A stretch of 64,000 nucleotides of DNA from Candidatus Bathyarchaeota archaeon (GCA_026014875.1 JAOZHO010000037.1:111501-175500); one strand, 5' to 3'; positions 10,458 to 19,636 are shown, counted from the first letter of the stretch. The notes: generated from the sequence alone by a model not told the origin. Program-made: numbers and translations.

Positions 10458-10701
10458 CGCCCCGCCCCCGTTTCCATAGCGTATCCAATCAAAGACAGGG
10501 GGCTCTGATTTAAATCGCTTGATTTATCAGTCACGCAGGATGTTTTGGAGTTCTCTCGCCATCGTTCCACTTGACGGGGTTTGACCACGCTTTCCCGCTC
10601 AGCTCATCCGTGAACTCTACGCGAACCTAGTTTTCTGACTCCTGAGCTTGTAGGGCGCACTGGAAAATTGGATAAGAAAAAGTTGGAAGTTAAAAATGGT
10701 G

Positions 10702-11826
10702 TCAGGCCTTGGCCTTCTTGGGAGGAGAGCGGGAGACCTTGAGGGTCTTCTTGACCCCTTTCCCCGACTTCTTCGCAACTATCTTGGGCGTCTCCTGCTT
10801 GGGCTTAGGCTTCGCCTTAGGCTTCTCCTTCAGGAAAGGGCTCTCGACGCCGGCGAGGACGACGGTGGCCCGAACCATGTCCTTCAGGTCCCGATCCACC
10901 ATGGCGCCCCAGATGACTCTGGCGCTCGGCGATATCGTTTCCATGACCAGCTCGCCGGCCCTGTTCACGTCCTCGAGGGTCATGTCCTCGCCCCCCTCGA
11001 TGTGGATGAGGGCGCCCTTGGTCTTCCTGATGTCCCCGATGTCCAGGAGCTGAGAGTCGAGGGCCTGCTCCACCGCGTCCTCGACCTTGGAGTCGCCCGA
11101 GCCCTCGCCGAACCCGATGGCGCAAACGCCTCCGTCCTTCATGATGGCCCTCATATCTGCAAAGTCCAGGTTCATGTGACCGGGTAACGAGATGGCCTCG
11201 GATATCCCCTTGATGAAGGAGCCGATGTGATCGTTGGCGACGCCGAATGCATCCCGGAGCGGCAGGTTGCCCGCCACCTTCCTGAGTCGGTTGTTGTCCA
11301 CGACGATGACCGAGTCACACTCCTCAGCGAGCCGTTTAAGCCCCTCTTTGGCCTTATCGATCCTGGTCCCCTCGACGTTGAATGGGATAGTCACAATCCC
11401 CAGGGTGAGGGCTCCATACTCTTTAGCGATCTTTGCGACGAGGGGCGACGCTCCTGTCCCCGTTCCACCGCCGAGAGTGGTGGTGACGAAGACTAGGGCG
11501 GAGTCGCCTATGACCCTCTCGACCTCGGTGGCGCTCTCCTCCACGGCCCTTTGGCCCTGCTCCGGGAAGCCCCCGCAGCCCAGACCGCCGGTGGTCTTGT
11601 AGCCCAGGAGGACCTTGTCGTCGGCCTTGGTCACCGTGAGGTGCTGTGCGTCGCTGTTGAGGGCTATCGTCCTCGCCGGGACGGCGTCCTTCTTGAGCCA
11701 GGTTACGATGTTGGATCCTCCGCCCCCCACGCCCAGTATGGTGATCTTGGGAACCGCCTCTCGTGCGACCTCCTCGATGCTCTTCTCCGCCACCATGGTG
11801 GAGTCGTATTGAGTCTCTAACTGCAC
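10702..11826 (-). CDS. ftsZ: Cell division protein FtsZ
   Basis: GVGGGGSN, NSDAQHL, LGGGTGTG tubulin signature, PFNVEG, NLDFAD T7 loop, VIWGA; Lys-rich C-terminal tail. Confidence 0.95.
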   Translation of the reverse strand: MQLETQYDSTMVAEKSIEEVAREAVPKITILGVGGGGSNIVTWLKKDAVPARTIALNSDAQHLTVTKADDKVLLGYKTTGGLGCGGFPEQGQRAVEESATEVERVIGDSALVFVTTTLGGGTGTGASPLVAKIAKEYGALTLGIVTIPFNVEGTRIDKAKEGLKRLAEECDSVIVVDNNRLRKVAGNLPLRDAFGVANDHIGSFIKGISEAISLPGHMNLDFADMRAIMKDGGVCAIGFGEGSGDSKVEDAVEQALDSQLLDIGDIRKTKGALIHIEGGEDMTLEDVNRAGELVMETISPSARVIWGAMVDRDLKDMVRATVVLAGVESPFLKEKPKAKPKPKQETPKIVAKKSGKGVKKTLKVSRSPPKKAKA

Positions 11827-11829
11827 TTT

Positions 11830-11961
11830 TTATCCCCCGTGTTTTCGATCAGTATTAAAAATCCAGTTTCTTTTAGGACTGTGTAAGTAGCGCCCCCCAC
11901 ATACAGCGTCTTCGTTCACGGCGTTCATCACGATCTCGAGGTTGATTAGCGGATTCCCCAA
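11830..11961 (-). CDS. Putative 43-aa small protein directly upstream of ftsZ
   Basis: TTG start with GGAGG upstream; TAA stop 3 nt before the ftsZ GTG; no recognised motif. Confidence 0.3.
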   Translation of the reverse strand: MGNPLINLEIVMNAVNEDAVCGGRYLHSPKRNWIFNTDRKHGG

Positions 11962-12236
11962 TCAGTTCCGCCTCCACGTTTTTATGATATTATCTTTACC
12001 TGTGGTCTTTTCTATCATCATTTTGATACACAAATGACTCATAACAGATTTATTTATAAAACAAGTAGAACATTAACTTCATAGAAATAATACATATCAA
12101 TTAAGCATATTATTTATTGTTTTTAAACTTAATATTGTAAAGTATATTATTACGGTATTGAAACAACTGAATAAATGACCACCATCCCCCGTGAGACGTG
12201 GATTTTATTAACTTTTAGCGGAGAGTACCATACGGA

Positions 12237-12833
12237 ATGAGTTCCGAGCATACTCCGCCCAGCTTCAAGGAGGCGGGATTCCACTGCCCCCACTGCGGGG
12301 TCTACGCTCATCAGAACTGGTTCGACGTGGCACTCGAGGGGGGCTCAGACGACTCCGGGGAGACCCTCAGCCTCGGCACCTGCGAGAAGTGCAGCAGGTT
12401 TTCCCTGTGGATCGACGGGGAGATAATCTATCCCCCATCGGCGGATCTGCCGTTGCCAAGGATGGAGATGCCCGAGGAGGTCAGGGAGATCTATCTCGAG
12501 GCGAGGAGGACCCTGGACGCCTCCCCTCGAGCGGCATCCGCATTGTTGAGGCTCGCCATCCGGGGGCTCATCTCCCACCTGGGGGAGACCGACGACATCG
12601 CCGAGAACCTGGAGTATCTGAAGAAACAGGGTCTCGATGAGAAAATCCAGGTCGCGCTGCAGCGGGTGAGGATGGTGGGAGAGGAAGCCGTGGAGCCCGG
12701 GATGATCGACTCGGGAGACGGGGAGGAGACGGCGAGGGCGCTCTTCGAGATCCTGAATCTGATCGTGGATGCGTTGATGGTGCAGCCTCGGAGGGTCGAC
12801 GAGATGCTGGGGAAGCTGCCCGAGAGGGAATAG
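12237..12833 (+). CDS. DUF4145 (HEPN-like) domain protein with N-terminal zinc ribbon
   Basis: FHCPHCGVYAHQ.W, CEKC, PEEVREIYLEA....ASPRAASALLRLAI. Confidence 0.8.
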   Translation: MSSEHTPPSFKEAGFHCPHCGVYAHQNWFDVALEGGSDDSGETLSLGTCEKCSRFSLWIDGEIIYPPSADLPLPRMEMPEEVREIYLEARRTLDASPRAASALLRLAIRGLISHLGETDDIAENLEYLKKQGLDEKIQVALQRVRMVGEEAVEPGMIDSGDGEETARALFEILNLIVDALMVQPRRVDEMLGKLPERE

Positions 12834-12879
12834 TTCATCGTTACGGTTCTGACTGGTTTTTCGGGCCGTTGAAGGATTA

Positions 12880-13752
12880 TCACGCTAGGACGGCGAGGAT
12901 GTAGACTCCCAGGAATATGATGGTGGAGCTCATGAGGCGTACCCTGCCATATTTCTCGCGTAGGAGGAGGACTCCCGCGGCGGCGCCGAGGACGACGCTG
13001 AGCTGGCGGAGGGCGAGGATGTAGCTGACCTGGACCCGGCTCATGGCGATGAGGACGAGGACGTAGCCGAATCTCATGAGGAAACCCCCGGCGGTGGCGT
13101 TGACCCGGGAGTTCCTCCATTCCCGGACAAGGGCGTCTTTTCCTCGCCTCCAGAGGATCGCGACGGTCATCATGGGGACTATGAATGCCTCGAGCCAGAG
13201 GGAGTATGCGACGGGGTCCACGGCGGTGACGCCCATCTTGTCGGTGAGTGAGTAGACGGTGGTCCAGAGGGCGGTGAGGAGGGCGAATTGGGAGGCTCGG
13301 CCCCTCAGGGAGCGGAGGGGGAGGGTGATGTCCTTGAGGGTGAAGCTCTCGAGGTGGATTGTGTAGACGCCGATGACCATGGTGGCGATGCCCACGACGC
13401 CCCAGGCCGAGATGCTCTCGTTGAGGAATAGCACAGCCAGGATGGTGAGGAAAAGGGGGGAGCTGCGGGCGAGGGGGTAGACGACGGAGAGGTCGCCGTG
13501 CTCGTAGGCTTTGCCCAGGGAGATGAAGTAGAGGGTCTCCGCGACGGCGCTCACGAGCATGTAGGGCAGAGCGGCGAGGGGGAAGCTCCAGTCGGGGAGG
13601 ATGATGAGGTAGACGGGGAGGAGGGTGACGAGGGAGGTGGTGACCATGATCCACATGTAGGCCTCCTTGTCTTCCCCTTTCTTCGCGAGGACGTTCCATG
13701 TGGCGTGGGAGAACGCGGAGGCGACCACGAGGAGGAATGGGCCGGGTTCCAT
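12880..13752 (-). CDS. EamA/DMT family transporter
   Basis: About 10 TM segments; HATWN, GDLSVVYPLARSSP, YSLTDK, LLLREK. Confidence 0.92.
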   Translation of the reverse strand: MEPGPFLLVVASAFSHATWNVLAKKGEDKEAYMWIMVTTSLVTLLPVYLIILPDWSFPLAALPYMLVSAVAETLYFISLGKAYEHGDLSVVYPLARSSPLFLTILAVLFLNESISAWGVVGIATMVIGVYTIHLESFTLKDITLPLRSLRGRASQFALLTALWTTVYSLTDKMGVTAVDPVAYSLWLEAFIVPMMTVAILWRRGKDALVREWRNSRVNATAGGFLMRFGYVLVLIAMSRVQVSYILALRQLSVVLGAAAGVLLLREKYGRVRLMSSTIIFLGVYILAVLA

Positions 13753-13886
13753 TGCACCTAGGGTAGGGGGATCGCTAATATGCTTGACGTATGAGGGGGA
13801 CGTCCGTCAGACATTTTTTCCCTCTGCTCGGGGTTAGGGTAACTACTTTATCCTGTGCGGTCGTTTGGTTGCAGGGGCGCGGGGCT

Positions 13887-14447
13887 ATGGGTGTCAGGTG
13901 TTTCGTTGCGGTTGAGGTGGATGATCCGGGCGTCTTGAACGCTCTGGGGAGTTTTCAGGCCGGGCTGGTTGGGTCAGGGGGGGATCTGAAGCCTGTGGAG
14001 CGGGAGAATATCCATCTCACGTTGAAGTTCCTAGGGGACGTGGACGATGGGCTCCTGGAGGAGGTGAAGCGGATAGTAAGCAGTTTGAGCTTCGAGCCTT
14101 TCAGGATGGCCCTCGCGGAGACGGGGGCGTTCCCTAATCTGAGGAGGCCCAGGGTGATCTGGGCGGGGGTCTCCGAGGGGGTCGACGAGTTGGCGGCGAT
14201 TTTTGGTGAGTTGGAGGCCGGGTTCGTGGGGCTGGGATTCAAGCGGGAGGGGCGGCGGTTCAGCCCTCACATCACGATAGGCCGGGTGAGGTCGGGGAGG
14301 AACCGGGACTGGCTCATGGAGGAGGTCCTCAGGCACAGGGATGCGGATTTCGGGGGTTTCGAGGTCGGGAGCGTTAAGCTGAAGCGGAGCGTCCTGACGC
14401 CGAGGGGTCCGGTCTATTCGACCCTAGCGGAATCGGGTCGGAGCTAG
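13887..14447 (+). CDS. thpR: RNA 2',3'-cyclic phosphodiesterase (2H family)
   Basis: RCFVAVE start, two HxT motifs (HLTLKFLG, PHITIGR), GAFP, S.LTPRGPVY; start moved to ATG 13887. Confidence 0.93.
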   Translation: MGVRCFVAVEVDDPGVLNALGSFQAGLVGSGGDLKPVERENIHLTLKFLGDVDDGLLEEVKRIVSSLSFEPFRMALAETGAFPNLRRPRVIWAGVSEGVDELAAIFGELEAGFVGLGFKREGRRFSPHITIGRVRSGRNRDWLMEEVLRHRDADFGGFEVGSVKLKRSVLTPRGPVYSTLAESGRS

Positions 14448-14565
14448 TGCGATAGCGCCATCCGGCGAGTCTATATTATTCTTAATTTGCGAACGGATCA
14501 CGGGTACAGTTCTTTTTAACTCTGTGTAACTTAGGGGATAGTCTTCGATAATCCCTTTATTAGGC

Positions 14566-14973
14566 GTGGTCGAAGCTGGAGGCATCGGGGTTGATGCCAT
14601 GGGTGCCCTAGCTAGCGTCTACGAGAGGACGGGGCTCTGCCCCCACACCGCTGCCTGCGACAGTTTCAGCGCGATCGTGAACAGCGAGAGCTGGATGGTG
14701 AGGACCCTCTCGGGGCTCCGGAGGGCGAGGCAGGCTGCCCTCAGCCAAGAGGAGGGGGGCTACACGGCGGATGGGCTTCAGGAGCGCCTCTTCCACTTGA
14801 GGCGGGTGAAAGAGCGTTGCTACAGCGGGCATCGGAGGTGTCTCCGGTTTTGGCAGCTGGAGAGGAGGGCTCGCAGCCTCGAGGATAGGTTTGGCTGGAG
14901 ATCGAGGGCCTCGACGGGGGAGAGGATGCTGGACTCTTTCTCGGTCTCCACGGTTAATCAGGAGAGCCGTTGA
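14566..14973 (+). CDS. Hypothetical protein with Cys/His clusters
   Basis: 135-aa ORF collinear between thpR and cca; CPHTAAC and RCYSGHRRC. Confidence 0.6.
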   Translation: MVEAGGIGVDAMGALASVYERTGLCPHTAACDSFSAIVNSESWMVRTLSGLRRARQAALSQEEGGYTADGLQERLFHLRRVKERCYSGHRRCLRFWQLERRARSLEDRFGWRSRASTGERMLDSFSVSTVNQESR

Positions 14974-15091
14974 TTTCTCGCGGGCCACCATGCCCGACGG
15001 CTATTTTTCTTAACTCGGTGGCCGGTTTATCCTGCCCCGGGCATTGAGCTTATAGGATTCTTCCCGGGATCTATTCTCTGCGGTGTATTCG

Positions 15092-16501
15092 ATGGCGGGG
15101 GGCTCGTCCTGGGGGGAGATTCGGGGTAGAGTTCTCGATGTCGTCGTTCCCGGGCGGGCTGAGGTGGAGGCTGTGGGGGTGTTTGCCCGCAGGGTGGTGG
15201 AGGATCTGGGCGTCGGGCTCTCGGAGGCCGGGGTCCGGGGGGTTGCGGAGGTCCACGGGTCCGTTGCTCGGGGGACCTGGATTGCGGGGGATAGGGATTT
15301 CGATGTCTTCATCGTCCTCGAGGAGGGCTACGGGAGGGGGGACCTCCCGGCCGTGCTGGATGTTGTGAAGGGCATCTTGGGGGAGGGTTGGGTCGAGGCG
15401 TACTCCGAGCATCCCTATTTGATCGCCGAGGTCGATGGGTTCCGTGTCGAGTTCGTGCCCTGTTTCCGGGTCGACCCCCGGGAGGGGATTGTCTCTGCGA
15501 CAGATAGGACTCCGCACCACACGGGATTCGTCGTGGAACGCCTCCCCGTGTCTGCGAGGGACGAGGTCCGTCTCCTGAAGCGTTTCATGAAGGGCGTAGG
15601 GGTCTACGGGGCCGAGGTGAAAGTGGGGGGGTTCTCGGGCTATCTCTGCGAGCTGCTGGTGATCGCCCTGGGCTCCTTCGACGGCGTGCTTGAGGCGGCT
15701 TCCAGGTGGAGACGGGGCGAGGTGGTGGACCCCGTGGGGGGTTCGGATAATGATTCTCTCAGGAAGCGGTTCGGTGAGCCCCTCATCGTGCCCGATCCGG
15801 TTGACCCGGGGAGGAATGTGGCTTCCGCGGTCTCGGAGACCCGGTTCTGGGAGTTCTCGGCCGCCGCCAGGGCTTTCCTTGAGGGTCCGCGCTGGGAGTT
15901 CTTCTATCCCGTGGAGGGGGATGTGGATGGTGGGGGGTTGCTGGAGCGGGTTCGGGGTCACGGGTTTGACCTGGTCTTCCTCGTGGTGGGGGATGGAGAG
16001 GTGGAGGTCCCGGACGTGCTCTGGGGCCAGCTCTACAAGTCGGAGAGGGCCCTGGTTGCCGCTCTCGGGGAGGTGGGTTTCGGTGTGGTCCGCTCCGGGG
16101 TCTGGAGCGACGAGGAGTCGCGCCACGTCTTTGTCTTCGAGTTAGAGTCTGCGATTCTACCGGCTTTCGTGAGGAGGATGGGGCCCCCCGTGAGGATGGT
16201 GGAGGGGGGCCGCAGGTTCCTGGAGGCCCATGCGGGTTCGGAGGAGACTGTGTCGGGTCCCTGGGTGGAGGGGGATCGCTGGTGGGTCGTGATGAGGCGG
16301 GGGGAGCGGGGGGCTGGAGCTGCTTTGGGGTCGTTCCTCGTGGACGGGGGGCGGGGCGTCGGGGTCTCCCGGGGGATCGCCGAGAGGGTGTCCCGGGGTT
16401 TCAGTGTTCTCCTCGGAGGGGAGGTTGAGGAGGTCGTGACCCCCGATTTCGCCGCGTACTTGGATGGTTTCTTGAGAGGCAGGCCTGGCTGGCTTGAGTG
16501 A
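15092..16501 (+). CDS. cca: CCA-adding enzyme (archaeal class I)
   Basis: HGSVARGTW..GDRDFDVF, YSEHPY, SATDRTPHH, VYGAE.KVGGFSGYLCELL, DPVDPGRNVA. Confidence 0.95.
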   Translation: MAGGSSWGEIRGRVLDVVVPGRAEVEAVGVFARRVVEDLGVGLSEAGVRGVAEVHGSVARGTWIAGDRDFDVFIVLEEGYGRGDLPAVLDVVKGILGEGWVEAYSEHPYLIAEVDGFRVEFVPCFRVDPREGIVSATDRTPHHTGFVVERLPVSARDEVRLLKRFMKGVGVYGAEVKVGGFSGYLCELLVIALGSFDGVLEAASRWRRGEVVDPVGGSDNDSLRKRFGEPLIVPDPVDPGRNVASAVSETRFWEFSAAARAFLEGPRWEFFYPVEGDVDGGGLLERVRGHGFDLVFLVVGDGEVEVPDVLWGQLYKSERALVAALGEVGFGVVRSGVWSDEESRHVFVFELESAILPAFVRRMGPPVRMVEGGRRFLEAHAGSEETVSGPWVEGDRWWVVMRRGERGAGAALGSFLVDGGRGVGVSRGIAERVSRGFSVLLGGEVEEVVTPDFAAYLDGFLRGRPGWLE

Positions 16502-17255
16502 CGTTATCCCCCTCGAGGCGTTACTTGAGAGTCGGGCGGGTTTCCTGTTATCCTATCCCTCGGGCGATGTGGAGAGGGCGCGGGTTGTGCTGGGGGAGCT
16601 CGATGAGATGGGGATCTCCGCCCTCGTTCTGAGGGGGCGCCATGCGATCGCTGGCGTGCCTATCCTGGGTAAAGGGCACGTGGGGATCGTTATGACCGCT
16701 CTGCTCGGGGGGAAGGAGATGGCGGTGAAGCTGAGGCGTGCTGACGCTGATAGGGTGTCTATGGAGGCGGAGGGGGAGTTTCTGAGGGTGGCGAATGGGG
16801 TCTCGGTGGGACCTCGGTTTCTGGGGGTCTCACGGGAGGTCTTGGCGATGGAGCTCGTGGAGGGGGGCTACCTCGTGGACTGGGTGGGGGGATTGGGGTC
16901 CGGGGATGTTGGGCTGCTGCGGGGGGTTCTGCTGGATCTCATGAAGCAGGCCCGGAGGCTGGACGTTGAGGGTCTGGATCACGGGGAGCTCTCGAGCGCC
17001 CGGCGGCATGTCATCGTGTCGGGGGGCGTGGCGAGGATAGTGGATTTCGAGTCGGCGAGCGTCTCCCGGAGGTGTTCTAATGTGACGTCGATGGCGCAGT
17101 ACCTGTTCATCAATCGGGGGATGGCGGGAGGAGTGGAGGGGGTTATGCCGCTGCCCGACCGGGACGGCCTTGTGGCTGCGTTGTCGGCGTATCGGCGGCG
17201 GCCGGGGGAGGCGTCGTTCCGTAGGGTGCTGGCGGCGTCTGGGCTGGTGGAGTAA
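16494..17255 (+). CDS. Ser/Thr protein kinase (RIO/Bud32-like)
   Basis: LGKGHVGIV, AVKLRR, DHGELS, IVDFESAS; typical cca neighbour. Confidence 0.85.
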   Translation: MSDVIPLEALLESRAGFLLSYPSGDVERARVVLGELDEMGISALVLRGRHAIAGVPILGKGHVGIVMTALLGGKEMAVKLRRADADRVSMEAEGEFLRVANGVSVGPRFLGVSREVLAMELVEGGYLVDWVGGLGSGDVGLLRGVLLDLMKQARRLDVEGLDHGELSSARRHVIVSGGVARIVDFESASVSRRCSNVTSMAQYLFINRGMAGGVEGVMPLPDRDGLVAALSAYRRRPGEASFRRVLAASGLVE

Positions 17256-17292
17256 GAGTTTTAGGTGGGGGGCTGATCGTTGTTAGTTGCTC

Positions 17293-17369
17293 GGGACCGT
17301 GGTCCAGCTTGGCAGGATTCGCGCTTGGGGTGTGCGAGATCGTGGGTTCAAATCCCACCGGTCCCACCA
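17293..17369 (+). tRNA. tRNA-Pro(GGG), intronless, CCA encoded
   Basis: Acceptor GGGACCG/CGGTCCC, anticodon arm CGCGC-TTGGGGT-GTGCG, T arm GTGGG-TTCAAAT-CCCAC, ACCA end. Confidence 0.95.
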
Positions 17370-17370
17370 T
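17337..17370 (+). repeat. attL (34-bp direct repeat)
   Basis: AGATCGTGGGTTCAAATCCCACCGGTCCCACCAT, identical to 19338-19371. Confidence 0.95.
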
Positions 17371-17595
17371 ATCAGAACCTAGGAAGTTTGAGAGTGAGAT
17401 TTTCCATACTTTAAGGGAATTGAAGAAAGCGGGATATGCTGAGAGCACAATTCAGACAACCTCTCAGAGATTGAAGCTTTTTGCAAAGCACTGTAACATG
17501 GATGACCCGGAGTCTGTGAGAAGCTATATCGCCTCAAAGATTGTATGATGGCTTACAAGTCTGGGCTTGTGGATTGCATCCACTCCACCCCCTGA
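17339..17595 (+). pseudogene. int(C) fragment of a split tyrosine integrase, truncated
   Basis: Reads through att as IVGSNPTGPT, then LKKAGYAESTIQTTSQRLKLFAKHCNMDDPESVRSYIAS (core-binding-like); stop at 17548, a shifted frame continues AYKSGLVD; no catalytic domain. Confidence 0.65.
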
Positions 17596-18156
17596 GTTGT
17601 ACTTATCTAGTGCCTCCTTTAGTTCATCCGAGTTATCCCGATGCTGGATGCCCTTCCGCTTTACCTTGGATTCCCTGATGATTTCAAGCGTCCCGCCGAA
17701 TGCTTTCACTAGGTCTCTGAACCATGCCTTCCGTGCCGAACCATTGTAATCTTCGTTGATAATTCCCTTCACCTTATTGTCATATAATCGTTTGATCAAA
17801 TAAACGGGGTTTTTCTTTAAATCACAAGATTTAAATAATTTTTCACAGTCATAGATCATATACGCCACCTTCACACCAATGCTTTGTGCATTGTGTGTGA
17901 GTTTTTATTATGCGACACATCAACTTATATTATTGTATTCCTCACTAATAAATGTTTCTATTTTATACTTTTCCTTAATGAAGTTAATATTGGTTGTATC
18001 TGTATTATTTATTATGAAGTGGAGATCATTAAATCTAATCAAAATATATGGCTTTTCACAGAATATTCTGCTAACAATATTTACGGAATTGACTACCTTC
18101 AGGTGTAGTGAGTTGAAGCTGTGGCACATTCCCTTCATGATGTGAAAAGGGGGCAT
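17524..18156 (-). pseudogene. Degraded AT-rich cargo gene
   Basis: ORFs 17920-18156 and 17524-17874 share a frame, separated by TGA and TAA TAA; the 3' end runs into the int fragment. Confidence 0.4.
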
Positions 18157-18190
18157 TCAATGTCCGAACTAATGAGTGGATTCATCGTTA

Positions 18191-18856
18191 TCACGTAATA
18201 TCATCTTTTGTGATCTCAATGAAAACTTCCTCACTAAATCTTCCATAATTACCCTTTGAGTCAGTCCACTCATATCCCAGACCAAAACTGAAATCGACTG
18301 GCAACACATCAATGTACACATATGTATTGGCCCAAATAGACCAAGACTCACCAGATGAAATTTCCTCTTCCTCAATGATTCCAGCCTGTCGAATTTCAAG
18401 AACCACGTTTTCAGCAGTCTGCCTCCCCTTATTTTTGAATCTAAGAGTTATCATTTCAAGGTCTGGGTCATATGTCACATCTGAACATTCTAGGAGGGCT
18501 TGATCAGGCTTCGGTGTAAGTGATCCACCTAAGAAAAAGTAATAGATGATTAATCCAAAAACAATCAGCTGCAGACCCGATTTTATTTGATTCGTTGAAG
18601 TTTGAACCTGTTTTTTTTGGTTCAGTTTTTCTTGTTCTTGCTTCAGTTTTATTTCATTAATCCTTTTTCGGTTATTATCTGGACTAGATTCTGTCTTTGT
18701 CGGTTCTCTTTGTTCTTCAGTTAAATCAAATCTCTCTTTTGGGCTAACTCCGCAATTTGGACAAGGTCGATCATCAAAGAAAGAAGTGTAGGTATGCCCG
18801 CACATTGGACATCTGATTTCCTTTTCTTTTCTCCATCCCTGTAAATCTGAATCCAT
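18191..18856 (-). CDS. Zinc-ribbon, single-TM membrane protein with a beta-rich (CARDB/Ig-like) C-terminal domain
   Basis: CPMCG..CPNCG, TM LIVFGLIIYYFFLGG, ITLRFKNKGRQTAENVVLEI. Confidence 0.75.
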   Translation of the reverse strand: MDSDLQGWRKEKEIRCPMCGHTYTSFFDDRPCPNCGVSPKERFDLTEEQREPTKTESSPDNNRKRINEIKLKQEQEKLNQKKQVQTSTNQIKSGLQLIVFGLIIYYFFLGGSLTPKPDQALLECSDVTYDPDLEMITLRFKNKGRQTAENVVLEIRQAGIIEEEEISSGESWSIWANTYVYIDVLPVDFSFGLGYEWTDSKGNYGRFSEEVFIEITKDDIT

Positions 18857-19291
18857 AAACTGAAGTTTTTACTGTTACAATATAAAAAATCAGCTATCTG
18901 TTTTTAGTTAAAAACGAATCTCAGTTAGCAGGTTTTATGACAATAAAGTCATTGACTAAATCTTTGTACCCCATTGACCCCCTAGGGGGTACATTGATTT
19001 GAAAAAATAGCGTAGATATATTCACTTCGATAAACGCTAAGGAATCCATTCACTCCATCAGGTGACCATAGACTATTCATCTCGGATTATCCACGCATTT
19101 CTTTCATCATTACAAACTCAAGAAAACGAGAAAATGAGTTTGATAGAGAATCAGTCTCAAAGGAAATAACTCGCTGCATTTTTTCTTATATATAGAAAAC
19201 AGGTTTTTTTGAATAAGGGGGCTAATTATGCCTCTATTTGTTATAAGGATCGTTTATAAGGGATATTGGCAACTATACTGAATGGATTGAA

Positions 19292-19411
19292 ATGAAATCT
19301 TACGGAGCTGTTAGCGAAGCTGGAGAGCTGAGCCAGAAGATCGTGGGTTCAAATCCCACCGGTCCCACCATCGATATTATAGGGCCCCCAGTAGAGTCGA
19401 TGTTTGTTTAA
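19292..19411 (+). pseudogene. int(N) fragment of the split integrase, reading into attR
   Basis: ATG 19292 gives MKSYGAVSEAGELSQK-IVGSNPTGPT, reading att in the same frame as int(C); TTTATAA box at 19253-19259. Confidence 0.6.
19338..19371 (+). repeat. attR (34-bp direct repeat, tRNA-Pro 3' fragment)
   Basis: Exact copy of 17337-17370. Confidence 0.95.
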
Positions 19412-19439
19412 GACGTCTTGGTTTCTCCGAACCAAGGAG

Positions 19440-19568
19440 AACTATGTCAAGGTCCTGATGACCCTCTCCAAGAGAGCCGCCCTCACGCCCCCAGAGCACC
19501 ACATACTTCCCGGCATCGATCATCTCCACGGCGCCCTCAGGCACGAGACGGAACGCATAGCCCCCGAT
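19440..19568 (-). pseudogene. Possible remnant of a DUF4440/NTF2-like gene
   Basis: IGGYAFRLVPEGAVEMIDAGKYVVLWGREGGS resembles the GKYVVVW C-terminus of this family; no start codon, stop immediately upstream. Confidence 0.35.
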
Positions 19569-19636
19569 TCATCATTAACAGGCGCGTGATCCGGACAACC
19601 CGGAGAATAGCGAGTGAAGGATGTGGAAGGCTTCAG

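Larger units (their letters stand above)
17337..19371. mobile_element. Small integrated element in tRNA-Pro (2001 bp between att copies), probably deleted/defective
   Basis: Flanked by 34-bp direct repeats of the tRNA 3' end; markedly AT-rich versus GC-rich flanks; split integrase-like fragments at both ends. Confidence 0.9.

Noticed and set aside
11965-12230. Replication origin in the AT-rich tract
   Set aside because: No ORB-like repeats and no cdc6/orc1 nearby; adequately explained as a divergent promoter region
12491-13699. Long ORF-track entries such as 12491-13699 (402 aa), 22778-24253, 15071-16126 and 45799-46863
   Set aside because: Alternate-frame or antisense shadows of well-supported genes in GC-rich DNA, with no motifs
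17309-17338. TTG start of ORF 17309-17548
   Set aside because: Lies inside the tRNA gene; the natural N-terminus is more plausibly the fragment at 19292
19338-19371. Second tRNA gene
   Set aside because: Only the 3' 34 nt are present; it is attR
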